The notes: a model not told the origin generated them from the sequence alone. A DNA stretch of 64,000 nucleotides from Candidatus Eiseniibacteriota bacterium (GCA_041946735.1 JBHGAY010000004.1:64001-128000), one strand, 5' to 3'; positions 36,836-46,827 are shown, counted from the stretch's first letter. Numbers and translations are program-made.

Positions 36836-38500
36836 ATGGAGATAGATGTCCGGCGCCTCTACCGCGCCGTCGTTGCCCGCGATTCGCGGTTCGACGGTCG
36901 GTTTTTCACGGCAGTCATCACGACGGGAGTCTACTGCCGCCCGATTTGTCCGGCCCCGACGCCGCGCGCGGAGCACGTCCGCTTCTTCCCTTGCGCGGCG
37001 GCCGCGGAAGCGGCCGGCTTTCGCCCGTGCCGGCGTTGCCGGCCCGAGACGGCGCCCGGCACTCCCGCGTGGCTGGGCACGTCGGCGACGGTCGCGCGCG
37101 CCCTGCGTCTGATCGGCGAAGGCGCGCTCGACGAGGGCGGCGTGGAGGACCTTGCCGTTCGCCTCGGGATCGGCTCGCGCCACTTGCGAAGGCTCTTCGA
37201 CGAGCATCTGGGCGCCTCGCCGCTCGACGTCGCTCTCACGCGGCGCCTGCACTTCGCGCGCGCGTTGCTCGACCAGACCGACATGCCGGTGACGGAGATC
37301 GCGTTCGCTTCGGGATTCGGGAGCGTCCGGCGCTTCTATGCCGCGGTCGTCGCCGGCTTCGGCCGTCCTCCCCGTGAGCTGCGGACTGCCGCTCGACCGG
37401 ACGGCCGGCCTGCCGGTGACACCCGGCCTACCGGCGACGCCCGACCTGCCGGCGTCGCCCGGTCGCGGGCCGGCGGCAAGCGCCACGCGGACGGCCGCTC
37501 GTGGCGGCTGAAGGTCGCGTACCGTCCCCCTTACCACTGGGAGACGACGCTCGCATTCCTCGCGGCTCGCGCAGTGCCGGGCATCGAGGAGGTCGAGGAC
37601 GGCGCCTACCGCCGCTCGATCCGAACCGATGGCGGGGACGGGTCTCCGGACGGCGCTCCCGGCGGGACGATCGAGGTTCGAGACGACACGGCCGCGCGCG
37701 CGCTCGCGATCGAGATCCGGGCGGGATCGAGCCGGGAGCTGACGCGTCTGGTCGAGCGTGTTCGCCGTCTCTTCGACCTGGACGCCGATCCGCTCGCCAT
37801 CGCCGCCGTTCTCGGAAGCGACCCGATGCTCGCTCGTTCGGTCGCGGCGCATCCCGGCATGCGATCGATGGGCGCTTGGGATCCGTTCGAGTACGCGATC
37901 CGTGCCATCATCGGACAGCAGGTGTCCATCGCGGCAGCGCGGCGATTGGCCGGACGGCTCGTCGAAACCTACGGCACGCCTCTGGCGTGGTCGCTTGGAA
38001 CGCTCCGCTTCCTCTTTCCCCTGCCGGAAGACCTCGCGCGAGCCCGCCTCGCGTCGATCGGGATACCGCAGTCGCGGGCGGAAGCGATTCGCAAGATCTC
38101 GCGAGCGGTCGCGGAAGGACTGCGTCTCGATGCGAGCGACGGTCCGGAACTGGCTATCCAGCGGATCTCGGCGCTGCCGGGAGTCGGACGGTGGACGGCC
38201 GAGATGATCCTGATCCGAGGAGCGGGAGAGCCGGACGTCCTCCCGATCTCGGACCTCGGAATCCGGCGGGCGTTCCCTCCGGACTGGACTCGCGCAAGGA
38301 TCGAGGAGCGGTCGCGCGCGTGGAGTCCGTGGCGTTCCTATGCGGCGATGCACATCTGGATGGGCGGCGCGGAGCCGCACGCAGCCGCGCGGCCGCACAC
38401 CGCCGCGGAGCCGCACGCGGCCGTCGAGAAGCGGACGCCGGCCCGCCAGCCCCGTGCGGACAAGGCTCGAAGCGGCCATAGCAGGAGGAGGAAGGGATGA
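36836..38500 (+). CDS. alkA: Ada-AlkA fusion: Ada Zn-binding/AraC regulator + DNA-3-methyladenine glycosylase
   Basis: RDSRFDGRFF, GVYCRPICP, FRPCRRCRP, AraC HTH, YRPPYHW, HhH LPGVGRWTA, D..P..DLGI, WSPWRSYA. Confidence 0.92.
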   Translation: MEIDVRRLYRAVVARDSRFDGRFFTAVITTGVYCRPICPAPTPRAEHVRFFPCAAAAEAAGFRPCRRCRPETAPGTPAWLGTSATVARALRLIGEGALDEGGVEDLAVRLGIGSRHLRRLFDEHLGASPLDVALTRRLHFARALLDQTDMPVTEIAFASGFGSVRRFYAAVVAGFGRPPRELRTAARPDGRPAGDTRPTGDARPAGVARSRAGGKRHADGRSWRLKVAYRPPYHWETTLAFLAARAVPGIEEVEDGAYRRSIRTDGGDGSPDGAPGGTIEVRDDTAARALAIEIRAGSSRELTRLVERVRRLFDLDADPLAIAAVLGSDPMLARSVAAHPGMRSMGAWDPFEYAIRAIIGQQVSIAAARRLAGRLVETYGTPLAWSLGTLRFLFPLPEDLARARLASIGIPQSRAEAIRKISRAVAEGLRLDASDGPELAIQRISALPGVGRWTAEMILIRGAGEPDVLPISDLGIRRAFPPDWTRARIEERSRAWSPWRSYAAMHIWMGGAEPHAAARPHTAAEPHAAVEKRTPARQPRADKARSGHSRRRKG

Positions 38501-39042
38501 AGATCGACTATCAACGGCTCGAATCGCCCATCGGTCCGCTCGCGCTCTTCGCGCGCGGATCGACGCTGCTCGCCCTCGAATTCCTCGGCGCGGCGGAGCA
38601 TCCGGCGGAATCGGAACCAGCCCGGCGGCTCGCCGCGCGCATCGGTCCCTTCGACCTCGAGCGGAAGGATCGCCTCCCCGGCATCTCCGACGCTCTCGCC
38701 GCCTACTTCGCGGGCGATCCCCGGGCGATCGAATCGATCGCCGTCGACACGGGAGGGACCGTGTTCCAGCAGAAAGTCTGGAAGGAGCTGCGCCGGATCG
38801 ACCCGGCCCGGCCGATTTCCTACGCCGAGCTGGCGCGTCGCGTCGGCTCGCCGAAGGCGGTGCGTGCGGTCGGGGCGGCGAACGGGCGCAACCCCATCGC
38901 GATCGTGGTACCGTGCCACCGCGTGATTGCCTCGGACGGGACGCTGGGCGGCTACGGAGGGGGACTGCCCGCCAAACGCTGGCTCCTCGAACACGAGGCG
39001 GGACGAAACTCGATCCAGGCCGCTCCGGCAAGGACGGCCTGA
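38497..39042 (+). CDS. ogt: Methylated-DNA--protein-cysteine methyltransferase
   Basis: GTVFQQKVW, SYAELA, RAVGAANGRNP, PCHRV active site. ATGA overlap with alkA. Confidence 0.93.
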   Translation: MKIDYQRLESPIGPLALFARGSTLLALEFLGAAEHPAESEPARRLAARIGPFDLERKDRLPGISDALAAYFAGDPRAIESIAVDTGGTVFQQKVWKELRRIDPARPISYAELARRVGSPKAVRAVGAANGRNPIAIVVPCHRVIASDGTLGGYGGGLPAKRWLLEHEAGRNSIQAAPARTA

Positions 39043-39101
39043 ACCAAGCCGGGGCGAAGGCGGCGCCCCCTCGCGCGCCCGCCCCGGAGGAGGGGCGGGC
39101 G

Positions 39102-39401
39102 ATGCCTTATCCGATCCACGTCACGGCGGAATATCCGAACGAACAATCCCGGGGACTCTTGATCCTTCGGGTCCTCACGATGGGGCTCTACGTCGCGATC
39201 CCGCACGGCATCATCCTGGGGGTGTACGGGATGGCGGCGTTCTTCGCGACGATCGTCGCCGGCTTTTCGATCCTCTTCACGAAGCGCTATCCGAAGGGGA
39301 TGTTCGACTTCGTCGTGGGCTACCATCGCTGGTATACGCGCGTGCAGGCTTACATGACGCTGCTCACCGACAAGTACCCGCCGTTCCGGGCGGAAGAGTA
39401 G
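39102..39401 (+). CDS. DUF4389-like small membrane protein
   Basis: AIPH..IL, FSILFTKRYPKGMFDF, RVQAY..LLTDKYPPF. Confidence 0.8.
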   Translation: MPYPIHVTAEYPNEQSRGLLILRVLTMGLYVAIPHGIILGVYGMAAFFATIVAGFSILFTKRYPKGMFDFVVGYHRWYTRVQAYMTLLTDKYPPFRAEE

Positions 39402-39592
39402 CCCGCCCGGCCGCTACCGAACCGCCGGGCGGGCGGCGGCGCACGCGGGCAGGCGGTGGCCGCCATGAGCGGGCTGCGGGCGCCCGCGGTCGGGTCGCGG
39501 TCCGAGAGCAGCGGCCGGCCCAGCCGCGAGCGGAGGCGGACGAAATCGCTTGCGCCGCGAACGCGGCGCGGGTTACACAAGGCGGCGAGAAG

Positions 39593-40321
39593 ATGCCCCG
39601 GAGGAAGGGAATTCCAAGCATCGGCACCTCGGGGTACCAGTACGACCACTGGCGGGGCATCTTCTATCCACCGGAGATCCCCAAGAAAGACTGGTTCGGC
39701 TACTACGCGACGCGCTTCGACACGGTCGAGATCAACAACACCTTCTACAACCTCCCCTCGGCCCAAACCTTCGACGCATGGAGGGAGCGCGCCCCTCGAC
39801 CGTTCTGCTACGCGCTGAAGTTCAGCCGGTACGGCACGCATCTCAAGCGGCTGCGGGAACCGGAAGAGACGATCTCGCTCTTCCTCGAGCGGGCGGAGCG
39901 CCTCGACGGCCTCCTCGGTCCGATCCTGGTGCAGCTGCCGCCGCGATTCGCTCCTGACGCCGGACGTCTCGACGCGTTCCTCGCTGCCGCGCCCAAGCGC
40001 CACCGGTGGGCGGTCGAATTCCGCGATCCGGCCTGGCTCCGCGACGACGTCTACGCGATCCTCCGGCATCATGGGAGCGCGCTCTGCCTGCATGACATGA
40101 TCCCGAACCATCCGCGCATCCGGACGGCCGACTGGTTCTACCTGCGCTTCCACGGCGACCGCTATGCGGGGAGCTATTCGCCGCAGAAGCTCTCGTCGGC
40201 CGCGCGCTGGATCGCCCGGCGTCTGGAGGAGGGATGCGACGTCTACGCCTACTTCAACAACGACGTGCACGGTCACGCCGTCCATAACGCGGCCGACCTG
40301 CGCCGCTACGTGTTGCGGTAG
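39593..40321 (+). CDS. DUF72 (YecE-like) protein
   Basis: IGTSGYQY..W.G.FYP, TVEINNTFY, ILVQLPP, AVEFR..W, YLRFHG, YAYFNND. Confidence 0.92.
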   Translation: MPRRKGIPSIGTSGYQYDHWRGIFYPPEIPKKDWFGYYATRFDTVEINNTFYNLPSAQTFDAWRERAPRPFCYALKFSRYGTHLKRLREPEETISLFLERAERLDGLLGPILVQLPPRFAPDAGRLDAFLAAAPKRHRWAVEFRDPAWLRDDVYAILRHHGSALCLHDMIPNHPRIRTADWFYLRFHGDRYAGSYSPQKLSSAARWIARRLEEGCDVYAYFNNDVHGHAVHNAADLRRYVLR

Positions 40322-40333
40322 CGGGGATCGGGG

Positions 40334-41584
40334 ATGAGACCTCCGGCCACGTTCGTCGCCCTCCAGCATCGCAACTTCAGGCTTCTCTGGGCGGGTCAGA
40401 TCATCTCGATCACCGGCTCGATGATGCAGAACGCCGCGATTCTGTGGCACGTCGCGCTTCTCGCGCCGCCCGACCGCAAGGGACTCGCCCTCGGTCTCGT
40501 CGGCCTCGTGCGAATCCTGCCGATCCTGCTCTTCTCGGCGGTCGGCGGCGTGATGGCCGACGCGCGCGACCGGCGCCGCCTGCTCCTCGTCACGCAGTCG
40601 TGCCTGACGCTCGTCGCGGCGACCCTCGCCTGGACCGCCTGGACGGGACACGCCCGCCTCTGGACCGTCTACGTCCTCGCCGCTCTCGGATCGGCCGCCG
40701 GAGCGTTCGATGGGCCCGCTCGCCAATCGCTCCTGCCCAATCTCGTTCCTCGGGAGCACCTGCCGAATGCGATCGGATTGATGACGATCCTCTTCCAGGT
40801 CGGGGCGGTCGCCGGCCCCTCCCTCGGCGGGATCGTCATTGCGGCCTCCGGCGTCGCCGCGGCCTACCTCGTCAATGCCGTCTCGTTCCTCGCCGTCATC
40901 CTCGCGCTGCTTTTGATGCGAGGCGTGCCGCGCCGCGCGGAAGGATCGACCGGCGAGGTCACTCTTCACGCCGCGCTCGAAGGGTTCCGCTTCGTCTTCC
41001 GCACGCCGACCATCCGCGGGTCGATGCTCCTCGATTTCTTCGCCACGTTCTTCTCTTCGGCGACCGCGCTCCTGCCGATCTTCGCGCAGGACATCCTCAG
41101 GGTCGGTCCGCTCGCCTACGGATGGCTCTACGCCTCGACCTCCGTCGGGGCGCTCTTCGCCGGCGCGGTGATGGTGCGCGCGGTCGACAGGATCCACAGG
41201 CGGGGACGCGTCCTCTTCGGCGCCGTGTTCGCCTACGGGGTCGCAACGATCGCCTTCGGGCTCTCCCGGCAGTTCTGGCTCACGTTCCTGTGCCTCGCGC
41301 TCGTGGGCGCGAGCGATACCGTGAGCACCGTTCTGCGTAACGTGATCCGCCAGCTCAGCACGCCCGACTCGCTGCGCGGCAGGATGACGAGCGTCAACAT
41401 GATGTTCTTCATGGGAGGGCCGCAGCTGGGAGAGATGGAGGCGGGGCTGATCGCGCAGGGATTCGGCGCCCCCGTCTCGGTGGTCTCGGGCGGCCTCGCA
41501 TGCATCCTTGCGACCGGCTGGCTGGCGGCGAAGACGCCGGAGCTCCGGCGATACGAGCGCGAGGAGACCGAGGCTCGATGCTGA
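40334..41584 (+). CDS. MFS transporter (EntS/DHA3-like)
   Basis: HRNFRLLW, GGVMADARDRRRLL, PARQSLLPNLV, TPDSLRGR. About 12 TM segments. Confidence 0.9.
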   Translation: MRPPATFVALQHRNFRLLWAGQIISITGSMMQNAAILWHVALLAPPDRKGLALGLVGLVRILPILLFSAVGGVMADARDRRRLLLVTQSCLTLVAATLAWTAWTGHARLWTVYVLAALGSAAGAFDGPARQSLLPNLVPREHLPNAIGLMTILFQVGAVAGPSLGGIVIAASGVAAAYLVNAVSFLAVILALLLMRGVPRRAEGSTGEVTLHAALEGFRFVFRTPTIRGSMLLDFFATFFSSATALLPIFAQDILRVGPLAYGWLYASTSVGALFAGAVMVRAVDRIHRRGRVLFGAVFAYGVATIAFGLSRQFWLTFLCLALVGASDTVSTVLRNVIRQLSTPDSLRGRMTSVNMMFFMGGPQLGEMEAGLIAQGFGAPVSVVSGGLACILATGWLAAKTPELRRYEREETEARC

Positions 41585-41673
41585 ACCGCCCGCCTCCGGC
41601 GATCGAGCCGGGGCGGGCGGCGGGCGATTCGTGCCCGGCTTCCTCCCTTGCCTACCTACTCCCGCAGGACGTC

Positions 41674-44109
41674 CTACTCCTCGGCGTTCCTGCAGACGCG
41701 GAAGCCGACGATGTCGTCCCTCGAGTTCGGGAAATAGGGAGCGCGCGCAGCGGACCGGCAGTCGCGCGCGTAGTAGTACCAGCTGCCGCCCCGGATGACG
41801 CGCTGTGCGCCCATCTCGGGCCCGGCAGGATCCGCTTCGGTCTGCGAGGTGGGAACCGAATAGAAGTCCCAGCACCACTCCCAGACATTTCCATGCATGT
41901 CGTAGAGGCCGCCCGGGTTCGGCGCCTTCCCCTTGACTTCGTGGGTTGTGCCGCCCGCGTTGCCGCAGTACCAGCCGAGCGGATCGAGCGTCGCATCGAT
42001 TCCGCATGTCTGGCTGTTCGCCGCCAGCTCCCCGGTGGGGAATGCTCCTGACGTCCCGGCGCGCGCGGCGATCTCCCATTCCGCCTCGGTCGGCAGGCGC
42101 CAGCCCTCCGCGTCGCGGTTCCACGTCACCTGGTCGCCGAGGATCGTGTACGCCGGCTCCAGGCCATCGCGCGCGGAAATCGCGTTGCAGTAGGCGACCG
42201 CGTCGAACCAGCTCACCCGCTCGACCGGGCGCTGGTCCGAGCCGACGAAACGAGACGGGTTCGTTCCCATCACCGCCTGGTACTCGGCCTGCGTGACCTC
42301 GTGGTCGGCCATGAGAACGGCCCGGCGCGTCAGAACCACCTTGTGGAGCGTCTCGTCCGTGTCGCGTCCCACCTCTCCCGGAGGGCTTCCGACCGTGTAG
42401 ACGTCGCCGATGAACGGTCCCGGGAACGGTCCGAGCTCGACGCGGTTCTGGTGTCCATCCTCGAAGACGAAGAGGTGCTCGTAGCGGCCCTTCGGGAAGG
42501 TGGACTCGTAGCGGTAGACCGCGCCGTCGCGAGGATTGCCGCTCTCGAGTTCCATCGGGAAGGCGTTCCCCCCGATCTGCACGTCGTGGACGGCCGGAGC
42601 CTCTCCCTCTCCATCCTCGTAGGTCACGCGGAACACGATCGCCTCGCTTTCGCTCGCCGCCTCGGGCGCGACCGAGTTGCCGAGGAGTGTCGGCGGGACG
42701 TTGCCGCTCGGCGTCGTGCTGGTGGCAACACGCGAGAGCTTCGAGGCGTTGCCGGCATCGTCGATCGCGCGAAGAGCGAAGGCGTAGGTCGTCCCCGGTT
42801 GCAGACCGGTGACGCGGAAGCTCTCGGCCGATCGGCTCACGGCCGGCGACGGCTCCCCTTCGCACTCGATCGCCGCGTCCCAGCTGGAGTCGTCGATCGT
42901 GCCGGTCGAGTACCGGATATCGTAGGCGCTCGCCGTCCCCAGGTATTCGTCGTCGCCCGGCGCGTTCCACGTCAGGCGAACGCTCGAGGAGTCGGTCGCC
43001 ACCGCGGCGAGGTCCTCGACGATTCCCGGAGCGGTGCGGTCCTGAAACGCTCCGCCGCCACCGAGGATTACGAGGCCCTCGGTCCTGTCGGAAACGACGA
43101 CAGCCCCGGAGGCGCAGCAGGCGACACCCGTCGCATACGTCGTCACGACGGTGCCGGCGAGAACCGGATTTGTCGGGTCGCTGATGTCGACCATGTGGAC
43201 GCCGCCGTCCTGAGCGGCGAGGAACGCCGTCTCGTCGCGGATCGTGATCGAGCGCGCAAAGCCGCCAAGCGCGAGGTGCGCCACCTCGATCGGCTTGTCT
43301 CCTTCATGGATCCGCATCACGACGAGACCGTTCGGTCCATCCGCGACGAACGCGTAGTCCCCCATCAGGTCTACGGCGCGCGCGAACCCGGGAGTGTCGG
43401 TGTTCCCCGTCACGACGACGGAGTTGAGGTCGGGGACTCGAGCATCGATGACCGTGAGGCCCATCTCGTCATCCGCCACGTACAGCCATCCATCTCGCGG
43501 CATGCTGTCTCTCGCGTACCCGGGCGTGTCGCAGAACGCGGTGCTCTGCGCGATGCGTCCCGGAATCGATGGGTCCGCGAAGAAGATGCGGACTCCATGC
43601 CAGCTCTCGGCTTGATAGAGCGTGTACATTCCCCCCGAAACGCGGGGCGGTTCGATGGAGACCCCCATGGCGTCGACCGCCGCGCCTCCGCCCGATTCGA
43701 ACCGGACCAGACTGTCGGGCTTCGTGACGTCGAAGCTCAGGAGCCCTTCCGTCCCGTCGATCGTGTAGGCGATGTCGTAGATCCCCAAGACCGTCGGGAT
43801 GCTCGCGACCACGAGCGACTCGACGAACTTCTGAGTACCGATGCCCATCAGGTATCGCGGGTTGGCCGGATCGGAGATGTCGACCGAATGAAGCCCCGAC
43901 TGCCCGGCGACGACGAAGGCGGTGTTGCCGAGCACGGCAACGTCCTCCGCTCCGCTTGGGAGCGGTACGCGGGCGATCACCTCGTAGACGGACTTGGGCG
44001 GCTTGTAGAGGTCCTGCTCGCCGCATCCACCTAGGAGCACGGCGCAGGCCAGGATCCACGCCGCGATCCAGAGTTGCCGACCACTTCTCGACGTCCGCAT
44101 CCGCGCCAT
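41674..44109 (-). CDS. Lipoprotein with LVIVD repeats, FN3 domain and C-terminal SUMF1/FGE-sulfatase (CLec) domain
   Basis: Lipobox LLGGC, LVIVD-like 'GLHSVDISDPANP' and 'YAFVADG..GL', FN3 'VRLTWNAPGDD', RLPTEAEWE, LYDMHGNVWEW, RVIRGGSW, GFRVCR. Confidence 0.85.
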   Translation of the reverse strand: MARMRTSRSGRQLWIAAWILACAVLLGGCGEQDLYKPPKSVYEVIARVPLPSGAEDVAVLGNTAFVVAGQSGLHSVDISDPANPRYLMGIGTQKFVESLVVASIPTVLGIYDIAYTIDGTEGLLSFDVTKPDSLVRFESGGGAAVDAMGVSIEPPRVSGGMYTLYQAESWHGVRIFFADPSIPGRIAQSTAFCDTPGYARDSMPRDGWLYVADDEMGLTVIDARVPDLNSVVVTGNTDTPGFARAVDLMGDYAFVADGPNGLVVMRIHEGDKPIEVAHLALGGFARSITIRDETAFLAAQDGGVHMVDISDPTNPVLAGTVVTTYATGVACCASGAVVVSDRTEGLVILGGGGAFQDRTAPGIVEDLAAVATDSSSVRLTWNAPGDDEYLGTASAYDIRYSTGTIDDSSWDAAIECEGEPSPAVSRSAESFRVTGLQPGTTYAFALRAIDDAGNASKLSRVATSTTPSGNVPPTLLGNSVAPEAASESEAIVFRVTYEDGEGEAPAVHDVQIGGNAFPMELESGNPRDGAVYRYESTFPKGRYEHLFVFEDGHQNRVELGPFPGPFIGDVYTVGSPPGEVGRDTDETLHKVVLTRRAVLMADHEVTQAEYQAVMGTNPSRFVGSDQRPVERVSWFDAVAYCNAISARDGLEPAYTILGDQVTWNRDAEGWRLPTEAEWEIAARAGTSGAFPTGELAANSQTCGIDATLDPLGWYCGNAGGTTHEVKGKAPNPGGLYDMHGNVWEWCWDFYSVPTSQTEADPAGPEMGAQRVIRGGSWYYYARDCRSAARAPYFPNSRDDIVGFRVCRNAEE

Positions 44110-44183
44110 CGTCGTCTCCCCTTCCTCTTCCTCTCCTCGTGCCGTTCGCCGCCTGTCCCGCTGCCCCCTGCGCCGGTGGCCCT

Positions 44184-45404
44184 CTAGAAGGTGTACGTCG
44201 CCCCGAGCCACGTCCGGTTGTCCTTGTAGTCCTTCTCCTCGTCCTCGATGCTCGGGTCGAGGTGCCCGGGGAGCGTGCTCACCCGCTGCGAGTACCGGTA
44301 GCCGAGCTGCAGGGCGATGCTTCGATAGAGCGGCGAGGTGTCGACGGTCAGTTCGCCGACGTAGACCTCGTCCTTCCGTCCGACGTGCAGCGGATCGTCG
44401 AGGACGGACCGATTCGTCGTAAAGTAGTACGCTTGGTACTGGCCCATCAGGCCGACTCCGGAGACGAAAGCGAGCGCGCCGCGCGGGGAATAGTCGAGCG
44501 AGAGCTCGAACATGTCCCGTTTGTACGACGCGTCCCCATTGTCGGACGTCTCGCGCTTCTCTCCTACCGTGTCCGTCCCGCGCGCCTCGACATCGCTGTA
44601 CGTGTACTCTCCGGCGACGCGGAACGCCTTCGAAAGGCCGTACGACAGGGCCGCAGCCCCGTTCCATTCCCAGTTGTCGTCCTCGATGAAGGGCCGGTTG
44701 TAATAGCGGATCGTCCGGCCGACGTCGAAGCGCCCCAGGATCCCTTTCGGGAAGCGATGCCAGTAGGAGACGAGAAAGGCATTGCGAGTCGACTTGAAAG
44801 GAAGCCAGACGAGCGGGGTGCTCGAACGCGGCTGGAACGGCGGCCGATCGGACAGAGGCCGGATCAGCGAGGCCGGCGCGTACGAGTAGGACAGATCGAG
44901 GTTGTCACGCCCCCAGGTGGGCTGACGGAGCCGGAACGTCCACGACTCGTTGTTCTTCTCGCCGTTCTGGTAGTACTGCCACTTGGTGTAGCCGATCCGG
45001 AACTCCGTGTCGCGGCTCCCGATCCATCTATGGCCGATGGAGAGCTGGATGCGCGGGCTGACGATCAGATCGTCGTACGTCTCGTACGTGAACTTCAGGG
45101 GGTTCGTGTTGGCGCGGAATTCGTCGATGACGAAATCCGGCGAACGGAAGACGTTGTCGTCGTAGATCACCTGCAGGCCGAAGGAGCCGGAGATGCGGAT
45201 CGCGGGCTTCGCCTGCGCACGCTTCTTCGAAGGCGCCTTCTTCTTCGTGGTCGTGGTCGCGCCGAGCGCCTGCTCCAGCCTCTCCTGTGCCCGGGCGGAG
45301 CTGGCCTCCTGCCGCAACATCGAAGCCGCCGCCGCGGTCGCTGCGATGGACGACACCACGGAGGCGACGAGCCAGAGAAGGACCGGGACCGACAGCTTCC
45401 TCAA
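44184..45404 (-). CDS. Putative outer-membrane beta-barrel protein
   Basis: Signal peptide, alternating amphipathic Tyr-rich strands, 'YDDNVFRS' and a C-terminal beta-signal WLGATYTF. TTG start inferred. Confidence 0.75.
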   Translation of the reverse strand: MRKLSVPVLLWLVASVVSSIAATAAAASMLRQEASSARAQERLEQALGATTTTKKKAPSKKRAQAKPAIRISGSFGLQVIYDDNVFRSPDFVIDEFRANTNPLKFTYETYDDLIVSPRIQLSIGHRWIGSRDTEFRIGYTKWQYYQNGEKNNESWTFRLRQPTWGRDNLDLSYSYAPASLIRPLSDRPPFQPRSSTPLVWLPFKSTRNAFLVSYWHRFPKGILGRFDVGRTIRYYNRPFIEDDNWEWNGAAALSYGLSKAFRVAGEYTYSDVEARGTDTVGEKRETSDNGDASYKRDMFELSLDYSPRGALAFVSGVGLMGQYQAYYFTTNRSVLDDPLHVGRKDEVYVGELTVDTSPLYRSIALQLGYRYSQRVSTLPGHLDPSIEDEEKDYKDNRTWLGATYTF

Positions 45405-45639
45405 AGGTGAACCCCCTCGCACCTCACCCCGCCTGGGGAAAGACCAGCCTGTCGTGCTCGATTGCTCGAGAGACGATCGGAACGCCTCCCTCACCCCGTC
45501 CGGCTACCCGACCCCATGGGGAAGCGCCGGGGAAAGAATACTAGATCGCGGCGGTCCGGGAAAGGATTCGACTTCCACCGGTGGCCTTCTCGAAACCGTT
45601 CTTGCAGAACTCCGACGCCTCTGGCAAAATCTCCTCGCC

Positions 45640-46827
45640 ATGGTTGCCCAGACACAGGCTGTTCCGGTGGGTAAGGGGACGGCGGTCGCGGAGGGGAAGG
45701 GCGAGGCCCAGGCACCGGGAGCCCGGGGCAAAGGCAAGACCCGATTCCTCTTCATCGACCAGTTCCGCGGTTTGGTCGGGATCATGATGGCCCTCGGCCA
45801 CAGTTCCTACTACTTCAACGCGGTCTGGAGGAGCCTCGATCCCCTCGATCCTTTCTTCTCGAACTTCGGCCAATTCGCGCTCCGCTACATGGGGTATCTC
45901 TGCGCGCCCGGCTTTCTGATGATGAACGGCGCGATGAGCTGGTATTCCTACACGCGGCGCATCCAGTCCGGCAAGTCGGAGTGGAGCTCCAAGTGGCACC
46001 TGATCCAGAGAGGGCTCTTCCTAGTGCTGGTCCAGGTGACCTGGGTCAACTCTTCCTGGGGAGGATTCCGGACCTTCCGTCCGGATCACATCGGGATCAT
46101 CGCGTGCATCGGCCTCTCGATGGTCCTGCTCTCCCTGTTCGTCAACGCCCGAGTCCAGATCCGGCTGGCAATCGGACTCCTCGCATTCGCGATCCACCCC
46201 CTGCTGCTTCAGATCCACTACGACCCGAAGGTGGCCTGGCAACTCGTGCTGATGCAGACCTTCGTCGACGCCGGGTCGTTCAACAAGTATCCGGTGATCC
46301 CATGGTTCGGCCTTGCCACCATGGGCTCGGTGATGGCGGAGGGGTGGCTTTCGAAGTGGAAGACGTACGGCGCCCGCGTGCAGTGGAGCCTTCTCATCGC
46401 AGTGTCGGCCTTCGTCCTCGCGACGATCGTCCGGATGGCGCGCGGCTACGGCAATATCGACCCGTTCTACACCTTCGGCCACTACTCGTTCTTCCTCGAC
46501 CAGAAGTATCCGCCGAGCCTCTATCACAATCTCTGGTTCTTCGGCGCGGTCGTCTTCATGGTGACGGTGATCATGTCGATCGGCCAGATCCTCCCTTGGC
46601 TGACCAAGCCGCTTGGGACGGTCGGCCGCGTCCCTCTCTTCTTCTATTGCGTGCATATCGCGCTGCTCGGAATCATCTCGAAGAGGATGGGGCTCTACTA
46701 TCACCAGGGAGGCGTCGCCGCTTCGTTCATCGGCTGGGTAGCGCTCCTGATCGTGATGTACCCACTCGCCCTCTGGTTCGGAAAGGTCAAACAGAAAAGC
46801 AAGAATCACATCATCCAGATGATCTAG
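45640..46827 (+). CDS. DUF1624 / HGSNAT-like membrane acyltransferase-family protein
   Basis: RFLFIDQFRGLVGIMMALGH, CAPGFL, YPVIPW, KYPPSL, GRVPLFFY..H. Confidence 0.8.
   Translation: MVAQTQAVPVGKGTAVAEGKGEAQAPGARGKGKTRFLFIDQFRGLVGIMMALGHSSYYFNAVWRSLDPLDPFFSNFGQFALRYMGYLCAPGFLMMNGAMSWYSYTRRIQSGKSEWSSKWHLIQRGLFLVLVQVTWVNSSWGGFRTFRPDHIGIIACIGLSMVLLSLFVNARVQIRLAIGLLAFAIHPLLLQIHYDPKVAWQLVLMQTFVDAGSFNKYPVIPWFGLATMGSVMAEGWLSKWKTYGARVQWSLLIAVSAFVLATIVRMARGYGNIDPFYTFGHYSFFLDQKYPPSLYHNLWFFGAVVFMVTVIMSIGQILPWLTKPLGTVGRVPLFFYCVHIALLGIISKRMGLYYHQGGVAASFIGWVALLIVMYPLALWFGKVKQKSKNHIIQMI

Noticed and set aside
36836..41584. alkA-ogt-DUF4389-DUF72-MFS block as part of the PGA system or as a mobile island
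   Set aside because: These are common housekeeping/repair genes with no integrase, flanking repeats or visible compositional shift, and no functional link is evident.
41674..42400. Diversity-generating retroelement target (CLec/SUMF1 fold), or a true formylglycine-generating enzyme
   Set aside because: I saw no reverse transcriptase or template-repeat copy in the window. The FGE two-Cys motif is absent (RGGSWYYYARDCR has one Cys).
39350..42970. Long alternative ORFs (e.g. 39350-42970 minus, 25796-28450 plus, 6418-8655 minus, 32708-34837 minus)
   Set aside because: These are Arg/Pro/Gly-rich shadow frames overlapping genes with clear family motifs, as expected at this GC content.
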